From a virus, in IMG/VR virus record IMGVR_UViG_3300008050_000030: 19,895 nt of DNA; one strand, written 5' to 3'. Position 1 is the stretch's first letter. Each line of letters opens with the position of its first letter. Shown here piece by piece: positions 1 to 8,379 of the stretch. The notes beneath the pieces were generated by a model, which worked only from the letters and a program-made list of their open reading frames with translations, did no database searches and had not been told where the DNA came from. Both the position numbers and the translations under genes were made by a program.

Positions 1-41
1 AGGCCTACATCGAGGACGCCGACTACGACTCCGACTTCCTG

Positions 42-917
42 ATGGACGAGCGGGTGCCTCTCGATGTGCGCCGCGAGCACTACATGAAGGCGCTGAAGGG
101 GACCCTCGACCACGCGCCCCTGACCCGCTCGAGGGCAGTCGCGGGTGCCCGCACGGGAGATCGCTTCTTGGGGGGCACCCTGGGAGCCATGCCGGGCATG
201 TTCGCGGGCCGAGTGATCGGGGACCACTTCGGGCACGGAGGTCTGGGCGCGACTGCGGGTACCCTCCTGGGGGTGGCTGGTGGCGCCGCGCTCGGTGATC
301 GGGCGGGCCGCAAGTCTCGGTCCACTCGCGCTGACAAGCGGGTGGCCTACGACACGTCGGAGCGCAACCGGGTGAAGTCCCTCCTGGGCGATCCCGCACG
401 GGCCGACGCGCACATGCACCGCACCATCAGCACGCACCGCCGAGAGAAGGCGGAGCGGGAGCGTGCCGAAGCGATCCGCCAGGAGATCCGGAAGCACGAG
501 CAGCGCAAGGAGATGGTCAACGCCTTCGGGGAGATCATCAACCCGAAGCCGCGACCGGCGTCCCCGCAGCCTGCACCCTTCGTCTCCTCCCCCGCTGCTC
601 CGAAGAGCGAGAGGGACCAGAACCTGTCGAAGGCCGAGGACCTCTTCAAGTCGAAGCCGAAGTCGGCACCGCGCCACGACCCCAACGGCTCCTACAGCCA
701 CTGGGCCAAGAGCAAGCGACCCGCCGGTGGGCGGACGTCCAGCACGTCGCACGCGCCGAAGCCGAAGTACCCGACGTCGCACGCGGGCCAGAAGACCACG
801 CAGAAGGAGTGGGAGGACGCTGACGCGGAGATCAACGCCGCGCTGTCCGCCCGCGGCCTGAAGCACGCCTTCGTCGCCGCCGCGTACCGAGCGATGGAGC
901 CGACGGCGAACCTGTGA
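42..917 (+). CDS. Hypothetical protein with an N-terminal glycine-zipper motif and a basic, low-complexity C-terminus. It is possibly 5'-truncated, because the frame stays open back to nucleotide 3.
   Basis: High GC3 in this frame. The segment GGTLGAMPGMFAGRVIGDHFGHGGLGATAGTLLGVAGGAALG has the GxxxG repeats typical of glycine-zipper two-TM domains. There is no in-frame stop upstream to the window edge. The downstream gene starts with a GTGA overlap. Confidence 0.55.
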   Translation: MDERVPLDVRREHYMKALKGTLDHAPLTRSRAVAGARTGDRFLGGTLGAMPGMFAGRVIGDHFGHGGLGATAGTLLGVAGGAALGDRAGRKSRSTRADKRVAYDTSERNRVKSLLGDPARADAHMHRTISTHRREKAERERAEAIRQEIRKHEQRKEMVNAFGEIINPKPRPASPQPAPFVSSPAAPKSERDQNLSKAEDLFKSKPKSAPRHDPNGSYSHWAKSKRPAGGRTSSTSHAPKPKYPTSHAGQKTTQKEWEDADAEINAALSARGLKHAFVAAAYRAMEPTANL

Positions 918-1816
918 GCATCGGCCTCCGATACGGCATCGGCTCCGATCTGGAGAAGACAGCCAAGCTGGACCACTTGGATCGGTCCGATTTCTACGGG
1001 GGGAGCCTTCACGGCATCGCTCGGAGGCAGGGGGTGGGCGCCGCAAAGCGGGTGGCGCAGTTCCACGGGAGCCGAGAGAGCCGAATCGCGCTCCAACTGA
1101 TGGAGATCCACGGGAAAGGGGTGAAGAAGCGCACCACGCCGCATACCACGGACCCTCAGCTGGGGGGCTCGGCATGGGGCAAGGAGGTGCACAACCGCTT
1201 GGTGTCAGGCCAGGCAGCCTTCCACCCCGAGGAATTGAAGGACCTGCACTCCGTGATCCAGGAGCGCCACGACGCTTCGCAGGCGAAGGAGGAGAAGGCG
1301 AGCGTACTCACGCGTTGGGCGCATCGGCGACAGCGGGAGGGTTACGGGGAGCGGGCCCAGCACATCAGCTCGATGGGGAAGGAGGCCCTCTTCGACCGCA
1401 AGAAGAAGTGGGAGGCCATCTCCGGCATGGCGCCGACGCACAAGGACAGCCTGAGCGTCAACTCCGCCTCTCGACAGTCGTTCGAGCACATGCACCGGCC
1501 GCAGGCGCCCCTCACGAAGCCGAGGTCGAAGTTCCGTCCCACAGGCAAGCAGCTCGCTGCCGGCACGGGCATCGCGGCGGCGGGGTACGGAGTGCACCGG
1601 CTCCTCAAGGCCCGGCGCAAGGCGAAGCAGCAGTACGAGGCGCCCTTGCGCCAGCACCCCCCGCAGCCGGCCCAGCAGCCTCAACAGCCGATGCGGCCGA
1701 AGCTCGCCTTCATCGAGGTCACCGAGGCACTCGACTTCGAGAAGACGGCCGCCCTCCTCGCCGACGGTGAGGCAGCGGCCCAGGAGATCCTGAGGGGTCT
1801 GCCGTGCTGGAGCTGA
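914..1816 (+). CDS. Hypothetical basic, His/Arg/Lys-rich protein (300 aa), probably a virion-associated or internal protein.
   Basis: The GTG start at 914 overlaps the upstream stop (GTGA). GC3 is very high throughout. There is no recognisable catalytic motif. It overlaps the next gene by 13 nt. Confidence 0.5.
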   Translation: MSIGLRYGIGSDLEKTAKLDHLDRSDFYGGSLHGIARRQGVGAAKRVAQFHGSRESRIALQLMEIHGKGVKKRTTPHTTDPQLGGSAWGKEVHNRLVSGQAAFHPEELKDLHSVIQERHDASQAKEEKASVLTRWAHRRQREGYGERAQHISSMGKEALFDRKKKWEAISGMAPTHKDSLSVNSASRQSFEHMHRPQAPLTKPRSKFRPTGKQLAAGTGIAAAGYGVHRLLKARRKAKQQYEAPLRQHPPQPAQQPQQPMRPKLAFIEVTEALDFEKTAALLADGEAAAQEILRGLPCWS

Positions 1817-2688
1817 TCAACGTAGCTTGCAGATCTCTCGACCTGGACAGGCTGACCCTCTCGTGGGACATCGCCGACACGTCCGAGAGTCCCCTCGACT
1901 ACGACTTCCACGTGCAGCGAGCAGGGTCTCCTGGAGGGGAGTGGGACACCGTCTCCCCTCAGGCGCTGGTGGACACCTACATCTTCGTCGACGCCCAGGC
2001 CGGGCTGCTCCACAACTGGGCCAAGCTCTACTACCGGATCAGGGTTGTCCGCCGCTCCACCGGGGAGGAGTCGTTCTACCCCGACGTGCCCGTCAGCCTC
2101 CGGGCGGCCCCGCCCCTCGACGCCCTCGAGATGGCGCGGCAGGAGCTGGTGCTGCTCAAGGAGTTCGTGGGCCGGAAGTGCTGGCTCTTCAAGCGCCGCA
2201 CGTCGGGAGCGAAGTGCCCAGAGTGCTGGGACCCTCGCTCGATGCAGCGGGTCAAGTCGAAGTGCATGTCCTGCTACGGCACGGGCTGGGCCGGGGGCTA
2301 CCACAGGCCCATCGAGTTCTACTGCAACATCGCCCCCGCGGCACAGACGCCGCAGAACGTCCCGCCCGTGGGAGAGCTGCAGATCGAGAACTCGACGGCC
2401 TGGACGATCTTCTTCCCGCCCGTCGATCCTCGCGACGTCATCGTGGAGCCCGAGAACGTGCGCTGGTTGGTGCACAACCGGGTCTACACGGAGCGCGCTC
2501 GAGCCCCGGTCAAGCAGCAGCTCCAGATCCACCGCATCACTCCTGGCGACATGGAGTTCCTGTTGCCCCTGGACGTGGACCCTGCGACGCTGGATCCTAC
2601 GGCGGTGAGGCAGTTCCACAACCCTGTGAACCCCGAGATCGTGGTTGACGGACTCGACGGCGTCTTCAGCCGGTTGGGGGTGACATGA
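1804..2688 (+). CDS. Hypothetical structural protein with a Cys4 zinc-ribbon-like cluster (CPEC-x13-CMSC-YGTGW).
   Basis: GTG at 1804 is preceded by GAGGGG with a 6-nt spacer. The sequence KCPECWDPRSMQRVKSKCMSCYGTGWAGGY is a treble-clef or ribbon-like C-x2-C...C-x2-C motif. The stop sits in an ATGA overlap with the next gene, indicating translational coupling. Confidence 0.5.
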   Translation: MLELINVACRSLDLDRLTLSWDIADTSESPLDYDFHVQRAGSPGGEWDTVSPQALVDTYIFVDAQAGLLHNWAKLYYRIRVVRRSTGEESFYPDVPVSLRAAPPLDALEMARQELVLLKEFVGRKCWLFKRRTSGAKCPECWDPRSMQRVKSKCMSCYGTGWAGGYHRPIEFYCNIAPAAQTPQNVPPVGELQIENSTAWTIFFPPVDPRDVIVEPENVRWLVHNRVYTERARAPVKQQLQIHRITPGDMEFLLPLDVDPATLDPTAVRQFHNPVNPEIVVDGLDGVFSRLGVT

Positions 2689-3881
2689 CCTGGGAAGCCA
2701 TCGCCTTCCGCGAAGAGCTGATCGCGCTCACGAAGCAAGCCGGCGCCGACCCGCACTTCAAGCCGGGGCTCCGCCAGGCGGCGAAGAACTGGAAGCAGTT
2801 CGCCGGCCACAAGCTCCGCGAGGAGTGGGAGGGCTCCAAGCCGACAGGCAGCCTCGCCGGAGAGACGGCGAGCGCGGCGGGCTGGGGAGGCATCATCGGG
2901 GGAGGCTTCGGCGCAGCCGCGGCCAAGGGAGATCGTCGCCGAGCAGCCGTCGAAGGCGCTGGGTTGGGGGCTCTCACGAGTGCTGCCGTCGCCCCGGTCA
3001 CCACCGCGCTGTACCGGGCCCGCCCGGGCAGGGCCACCCACCTCGCCCACCTGCTCGGCCCCGACTTGGCCGCCGGGGCCGTGGGAGCGCGCCTGGGCTA
3101 CAAGCGGCGGGGCAAGATCCAGCAGCTGGTCGACGCTGCGACCCCGGACGAGACCCCCATCAAGGAGGCCTTCTTCCGGGGAGGCCCCGATGCCGCCGGA
3201 GTTGACTGGGGGGCGGCAAAGCGAGAGGCCAAGGCGGTCCGGAAGCTGCGGAAGCTGCAGGCGAAGGCGGAGACGGATACCGGCGGGAGAGCCCTGGCGC
3301 GACGATCGGGAGCAGGGGCATTGGTCGGAGCAGGGGCAGGGCTTGCGCTCTCCGGTGCCGACGCCATCTTGAACGAAGAACACCCCATGTTCGACGACGA
3401 GGCCATCCCCATCTTGATGGGTGCCGGAGCGACATTGGGCGCGGGGGCCGGAGCACTGCGGAACCGCCTCCTCCGGAGACGGAAGGAGCGGCTCGCTCCC
3501 CTCTATCAAGCTGCGCACCGGCAGCACGCTGAGAGGTTCCACAAGGAGGCCGGCGCGGACGCCAAGCGCAACTGGCGGTTGGCGAAGAGGGTCACCCGTG
3601 AGGCTGCAGGCATCACCGGGGGCATGGGCCTGGGCTACCTGGCGGGCGCAGGAGTGCATGAGGGCCTCCTGCGGATGCCGGCCTACAAGAACCTGCCGAA
3701 CTCCGAGAAGCTGCAGGTCCTGCAAGGGGCGGGAGTCCTCGTAGGAGGCGGCCTCGCGACGGCGTCCCTGGCGAAGCGAGTCGCCAGGGCGCAAGATCGA
3801 CGTGAGTCGCGCCGCAAGAAGCAGCGCCTGAACCAGGGAGTCCCCGGTGAGCAACGAGCAGGTCAAGCCGAGCTCGGGTAG
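2685..3881 (+). CDS. Hypothetical Gly/Ala-rich protein with at least five amphipathic GA-repeat segments. It may be an ejection or internal virion protein, or a membrane-interacting protein.
   Basis: The ATG at 2685 lies in an ATGA overlap with the upstream stop. Repeated segments such as GWGGIIGGGFGAAAAKG, GAGALVGAGAGLALSGA, GAGATLGAGAGAL, GGMGLGYLAGAGV and GAGVLVGGGLATASLA occur, separated by basic helices. Confidence 0.5.
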   Translation: MTWEAIAFREELIALTKQAGADPHFKPGLRQAAKNWKQFAGHKLREEWEGSKPTGSLAGETASAAGWGGIIGGGFGAAAAKGDRRRAAVEGAGLGALTSAAVAPVTTALYRARPGRATHLAHLLGPDLAAGAVGARLGYKRRGKIQQLVDAATPDETPIKEAFFRGGPDAAGVDWGAAKREAKAVRKLRKLQAKAETDTGGRALARRSGAGALVGAGAGLALSGADAILNEEHPMFDDEAIPILMGAGATLGAGAGALRNRLLRRRKERLAPLYQAAHRQHAERFHKEAGADAKRNWRLAKRVTREAAGITGGMGLGYLAGAGVHEGLLRMPAYKNLPNSEKLQVLQGAGVLVGGGLATASLAKRVARAQDRRESRRKKQRLNQGVPGEQRAGQAELG

Positions 3882-4605
3882 CCGAGTCATCCCGGGAGTC
3901 GAGGAGCACGACCTGTGGGCCCGGCACGTGATGGTGTGCTTCCTGCAGGGCCTCTGCAACAAGTTGCCCCTGGACCACGCGTGGCATTGGGAGCCGGACC
4001 TCAACACCTCGGGGATTTGGATCTCCGGCGGGACGCCGCTGGACTACGGCCGTGTGTCCCCCCGGCCGGCGATTGCCGTTGACGTAGGGCAGTACCAGGC
4101 CGCTAACATCGCGATGGACCAACTGCGGGCCGAGGACCAGCTGACTGGCGAACGCCTCCACGTTGATCTGGTCCCGGGAACGCTCACGGTGTACGCCTTG
4201 GGCGGGGTCGAGACCGAGGCAAGAAGGCTTGGCGGGTGGATTTCCCGTCAGATCAGGTATCACCGGAGGTTGCTGCAGACAGAAGGAAGTTTCCATCAGA
4301 TCGGTCAACAGCTGGCTGTAGCGCCGCCCACTCCTCCAGGGCAGATCTTCCAGGGGGCGTCCGACGAACGGGCTCGGATGGTGGCGGTCAACATCCCCTG
4401 GTACATGCAGTGGGGATGGTACACCCGGCCGATTGCCCCGCCCACCCAGACCAGCCTGGACTACATCCAGGCCGACCGGGCGCGGGACTACGAGAGGCCA
4501 CACCTGGTGCGGCTGAATGATCTGAGAACTGGCTTTGTAACACCCTCCGGCGACTTGCAGGTTGCTGGAATGCGCAAGGGCCCCGAGCCCACGAACGACG
4601 AATGA
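3847..4605 (+). CDS. Hypothetical protein immediately upstream of the sheath gene. By position it is a candidate tail completion or sheath-associated protein.
   Basis: A GTG start at 3847 is preceded by GGGAG with a 6-nt spacer. An alternative ATG near 3931 lacks an RBS. The assignment rests on synteny only, since the gene ends 11 nt before the sheath-gene start. Confidence 0.4.
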   Translation: MSNEQVKPSSGSRVIPGVEEHDLWARHVMVCFLQGLCNKLPLDHAWHWEPDLNTSGIWISGGTPLDYGRVSPRPAIAVDVGQYQAANIAMDQLRAEDQLTGERLHVDLVPGTLTVYALGGVETEARRLGGWISRQIRYHRRLLQTEGSFHQIGQQLAVAPPTPPGQIFQGASDERARMVAVNIPWYMQWGWYTRPIAPPTQTSLDYIQADRARDYERPHLVRLNDLRTGFVTPSGDLQVAGMRKGPEPTNDE

Positions 4606-4616
4606 GGAGCTGACAC

Positions 4617-7600
4617 ATGCCTGCCATCCCCCAGCCGGGTGTCACCGTCATCCAGGAAATCCGGACCACCTCCCCCACCATCGCCAGCGCGACGCTGCCG
4701 GCGTGCATCATCGGTCCTGCCTTCCAGGTGATCGAGACGCAGGTGGACGGGTTGCTGAGCGCCGACGCCCTGGCGACGTCCTACAGCCAGTACCCCCTCA
4801 GCCTGAGCCAGTCCTCGTTCCCGGACCCGCGTGGCAACATCTCCGAGCTGGACATCCAGGAGGACACGGTCGAGGCGTCGCTCTTCTACGGCGGCTCCCT
4901 CATCGCCCTCCCCCGCGGAGACGGCAGCCCCTTCGGCTCCGCCTTCCTGGCGGCCTCGAACGTGGCCAGCCGCGCCGTCATCGTCACCGACTTCGGTGAG
5001 ACGACCCCGTGGGCCCTGGCCGACGGCGATGTGCTCGTGCTCGCCTTCGACCGCCCCAGCGCGGTGGACACCAGCCAGGACGTGACCGTCACCATCTCCG
5101 CCGCGGCCCCGGTGGCCACGGCCGCCGAAGTGGCCTCGGCCATCAACGCCGCGGTCGGCGAGGACGTGGCCTCCGTCGTGGTGGGCGGCGCCTCCGAGGT
5201 GATGATCCGCTCGAACACCTGGGGAGCTCTCTCCTCGATCGACATCCGGGCGGGCGGCAGCGCCATGACCGCCATGTTCGGCGACACGCAGTCCCGCCGG
5301 GTCGAGGGTTCCGGCTACCGGGCCCAGGACGACTCCGACGGCGACCTCGTCAGCCCCTGGATCGAGTTCTTCGAGGGCGAGGCGTTCCAGAACGGCGTCG
5401 CCGGTTCCTGGGGAGGCGCGGGTCTCGGCCTGGGCCGCTGGACCGAGGCCGGCACGATCTCCAACGCCGACGCCGCGCTGCTCAGCTTCACCGGGGGCGG
5501 CGCGGACATCCCGTTGCAGGCGGCCAGCTCGGTGCGGGCCGGCGACGCGATGGTGAGCGACGGTGTCGACCCGGGGTGGGAGGTCGTCGAGGTGCAGGCC
5601 AGCCGCTTCCGCATGGCGCAGCTGAACTCGGCGCTCTCGACCTTCGACGACGAGGGCAACGCCACCACCCGCTTCTACGACGACCGCGAGGTCAACGTGC
5701 CGAGCCACGGGGTGCCCTTCGCGCCCCGCAACGTGTGGTTCGAGGCGCAGGGGCTGCAGTGGGGCTCGGTGAGCCCCGCCCCGGTGGCCGCCGTGCTCAC
5801 GGGCAACCTGGCGGCCAACGCGGCGCAGAAGGCCGAGGTCCAGAGCGACGGCAGCCTGACCAGCGCGGCTCTCGCGGGCACGCTGGCCCTGGCCGGGCTG
5901 ACCCTGATCACCCAGCTGGTCGACGACGGGATCTCCCAGACGCAGGTGACGTCCACCCTCGCGGGTACGGCGGCGAACACCGTGCAGCTCGCGGCGGCCC
6001 TGGACGCCCTCGCCATCCCCGGCATCGACGCCTGGAACGTCTTCGATGACGGCGCCAACGTCTGGATCCACGCGCAGACCACGAAGACGGGGTCCGGCCA
6101 GACCCTCGTCGTGCTGCCGACCGGCACAGCGAACGCCATGCTGGGCTTCTCGGTCGCCCTGGCCACGTCGCACACCGGCAAGGACCAGGAGTACGGGACC
6201 CCCGCGACGGAGACGGGCGGGACCATCGGCGCCCTGCCCATCGCCACCCTGAGCGGTACGGCCGTGACGGTCGTGGTGACGGACAGCCGCGGCACCTTCA
6301 CCAAGGTCCACACCATGGGCGCGGCCGAGGCGGCGGATGCCACCCTCGCAGACCTCGCGACGGAGCTGAACCTGCAGGCCAACCAGCTCGCCTGGGCCGG
6401 CAACATCCGCATCGGCACCTTCTCCGGTCCCGCGGCGGCCACCGGGGAGCTGGTGTTCACCAGCTTCGAGTCCGGCGACGGTGTCACCGTCGCGGTCTCG
6501 GACGACTCCGGCGGTGGCGGCACCCTGGACATGACCAACGCGCCGGTCGCCGGCGCAGGCACCCTGAGCGGCACGACCCTCCAGCACTCGCTGGACGGCG
6601 GTGACGCGATCACGGTGACCTTCGGCAGCGACTCGCTGGACGACGCGGTCGCGGCGATCAACCTCGCCCACGGCGGGGCGGCCATCGCCTCGATCTCCAC
6701 CACCTTCATGCGCCTCACCTCGCCCCTGGGCGGAGTGGCCTCGTCCATCGACGTGGACGCGGCTTCGACGGCGGACTCGATCCTCGGCTTCCTGCCGGCG
6801 AACGACGAGGCCGCCGGCTCGGGCCGCCCGAACCCGGACTGCTTCCTGGACCTCAGCGGCAACCTGGTGCTGGGCGCGGGCATCCTGCGCAACAGCCTGA
6901 CCGGCGCCCCGTTCGTCCCGGCCTCCGCTGGTCTGTACGTGGCCTACGAGGCACTCCGCCTCGATGTCAGCTCGTCCTCCGCCGCGGTGGAGAAGCTGCT
7001 GACCATCGAGGACCAGGCGACCCTCGAGGCCATCGGTGAGCCCATCGACGCGCGGAACCCGCTCTTCCTGGGCATGTACCTCGCGCTGCTCAACTCGCCG
7101 ACCACGGCCATCACCGGCATCGGGGTGGACGAGGTCAGCGCCGCGCAGCCCGAGGGCACGCTGGACGGCTACGCCCGGGCCTTCGACTACCTGGAGGCCA
7201 AGGACGTCTACGCGATGGCTCCGCTGACGGAGAACGAGCTGGTCCACCTGGTGCTCGACACGCACGTCACCGCCATGAGCGCGGCGGAGCAGCGGGGCGA
7301 GCGCATCGGACTCATCGCACCGGAGGCGCCGACGCGCGCCTTCCCGGCAGCGGTGGCCTCGGGCATCGGCGACTCCACGGCCAACCCCAACGAGATGACC
7401 ATCGACGTGAACCCCACGGGTCAGCTGGTGGCCGCCGGACTCAACCCGGCTGCGCTCGACGCGGACGACGGGGTCTACCTCGAGGTGACCGTGGGCGGGG
7501 ACTTCCGCCGCTACAGCCTGTCGCTGGTCAACGGGACGCTGCTGCAGTTCCGCAACTCGTTCTCCTCGCCGGACAACGACGACGGCTTCTACACGACCAC

Positions 7601-8333
7601 GCAGCTGACCTCGTCGCTGGTCAGCGTGGCCTACGCGCTGAAGATCCGCGGGGACGAGCTGCTGATCCCCGGCAGCTCCCTCCCGGACCTGCCGGCCCGT
7701 GCCGCCGCGGTGGCCGCGTCCGCCACGGACTACCTGAACCGGCGGATGTTCTACCTGTTCCCGGACTCGGTGTCGGCGGAGCTCGACGCCGGCACCGCCG
7801 TCGTGCCGGCCTACTACGCCGCCGCCGCGGTGGCGGGGCAGATCGGCCACCAGCCGCCGGCGCAGCCCCTGACCAACTTCCCCATCTCGGGGCTGAGCGC
7901 GGTCCAGGGGTCGCACGACACCTACAAGAAGAGCCTGCTCGACCAGATCGCCGGCGGAGGGGTGTACATCCTCTTCCAGCAGTCGTCGGGCGGCGCGGTC
8001 ATGTGCCGGCACCAGCTCTCCACCGACACGAGCTCGGTGGAACAGCGGGAGCTGTCCATCACCAAGGCGGTCGACTTCGTGGCCAAGTTCCTGCGGAACG
8101 CGCTGCGGAACCTGATCGGCCGGTTCAACATCACCCCGCAGTTCCTGAACAACCTCGCCACCGTGATCCAGGGCCAGCTGGCCTTCCTCGGCCCCGACGG
8201 GCTGCAGGTCATCGCGGCGGCGCAGCTGAACAACGTGCTGCAGGACGAGTCGAGCCCCGACACCATCCTGGTCGACGTGACCCTGACGCCGCTCTACCCG
8301 GCGAACCAGATCCGCGTGACTTTGGTCGTCTAG
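4617..8333 (+). CDS. Contractile tail sheath protein of 1238 aa with very large inserted domains.
   Basis: The N-terminal segment PGVTVIQEIRTTSPTIASATLPACIIGPAFQVIE carries the GPAFQ-type motif characteristic of the T4 gp18 sheath family. The C-terminal segments LIGRFNITPQFLNN and TLTPLYPANQIRVTLVV match the conserved sheath C-terminal domain. GAGGAG lies 8 nt before the ATG. The central roughly 800 aa is Ala/Gly/Thr-rich and contains internal domain repeats. The gene is followed by a putative tube gene. Confidence 0.82.
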   Translation: MPAIPQPGVTVIQEIRTTSPTIASATLPACIIGPAFQVIETQVDGLLSADALATSYSQYPLSLSQSSFPDPRGNISELDIQEDTVEASLFYGGSLIALPRGDGSPFGSAFLAASNVASRAVIVTDFGETTPWALADGDVLVLAFDRPSAVDTSQDVTVTISAAAPVATAAEVASAINAAVGEDVASVVVGGASEVMIRSNTWGALSSIDIRAGGSAMTAMFGDTQSRRVEGSGYRAQDDSDGDLVSPWIEFFEGEAFQNGVAGSWGGAGLGLGRWTEAGTISNADAALLSFTGGGADIPLQAASSVRAGDAMVSDGVDPGWEVVEVQASRFRMAQLNSALSTFDDEGNATTRFYDDREVNVPSHGVPFAPRNVWFEAQGLQWGSVSPAPVAAVLTGNLAANAAQKAEVQSDGSLTSAALAGTLALAGLTLITQLVDDGISQTQVTSTLAGTAANTVQLAAALDALAIPGIDAWNVFDDGANVWIHAQTTKTGSGQTLVVLPTGTANAMLGFSVALATSHTGKDQEYGTPATETGGTIGALPIATLSGTAVTVVVTDSRGTFTKVHTMGAAEAADATLADLATELNLQANQLAWAGNIRIGTFSGPAAATGELVFTSFESGDGVTVAVSDDSGGGGTLDMTNAPVAGAGTLSGTTLQHSLDGGDAITVTFGSDSLDDAVAAINLAHGGAAIASISTTFMRLTSPLGGVASSIDVDAASTADSILGFLPANDEAAGSGRPNPDCFLDLSGNLVLGAGILRNSLTGAPFVPASAGLYVAYEALRLDVSSSSAAVEKLLTIEDQATLEAIGEPIDARNPLFLGMYLALLNSPTTAITGIGVDEVSAAQPEGTLDGYARAFDYLEAKDVYAMAPLTENELVHLVLDTHVTAMSAAEQRGERIGLIAPEAPTRAFPAAVASGIGDSTANPNEMTIDVNPTGQLVAAGLNPAALDADDGVYLEVTVGGDFRRYSLSLVNGTLLQFRNSFSSPDNDDGFYTTTQLTSSLVSVAYALKIRGDELLIPGSSLPDLPARAAAVAASATDYLNRRMFYLFPDSVSAELDAGTAVVPAYYAAAAVAGQIGHQPPAQPLTNFPISGLSAVQGSHDTYKKSLLDQIAGGGVYILFQQSSGGAVMCRHQLSTDTSSVEQRELSITKAVDFVAKFLRNALRNLIGRFNITPQFLNNLATVIQGQLAFLGPDGLQVIAAAQLNNVLQDESSPDTILVDVTLTPLYPANQIRVTLVV
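8306..8333 (+). repeat. Upstream copy of a 28-bp imperfect direct repeat that encodes the sheath C-terminus QIRVTLVV plus stop. Its partner lies at 9311-9338.
   Basis: ccagatccgcgtgactttggtcgtctag compared with ccagatccgcgtgaccctggtggtctga. All four differences are synonymous or a stop-codon swap. Confidence 0.85.
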
Positions 8334-8379
8334 CGTAAGTTCCACTAGGTGTGTGGTAGGCTGTCTCTCGGAGGTAGCT

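Noticed and set aside
3847-3881. The 35-nt overlap between the genes at 2685-3881 and 3847-4605 as a programmed frameshift site.
   Set aside because: There is no slippery heptamer. A GTG with a GGGAG RBS gives an ordinary independent start. Chaperone-type frameshifts are expected downstream of the tube gene, not upstream of the sheath.
1827-4007. Alternative long ORFs in other frames and strands across the tail module, such as 1827-2648 plus, 1681-2619 minus and 2484-4007 minus.
   Set aside because: They have Arg/Pro/Gly-rich, repeat-like translations, no RBS and lower GC3 periodicity than the chosen frames. They are classic GC-rich spurious ORFs.
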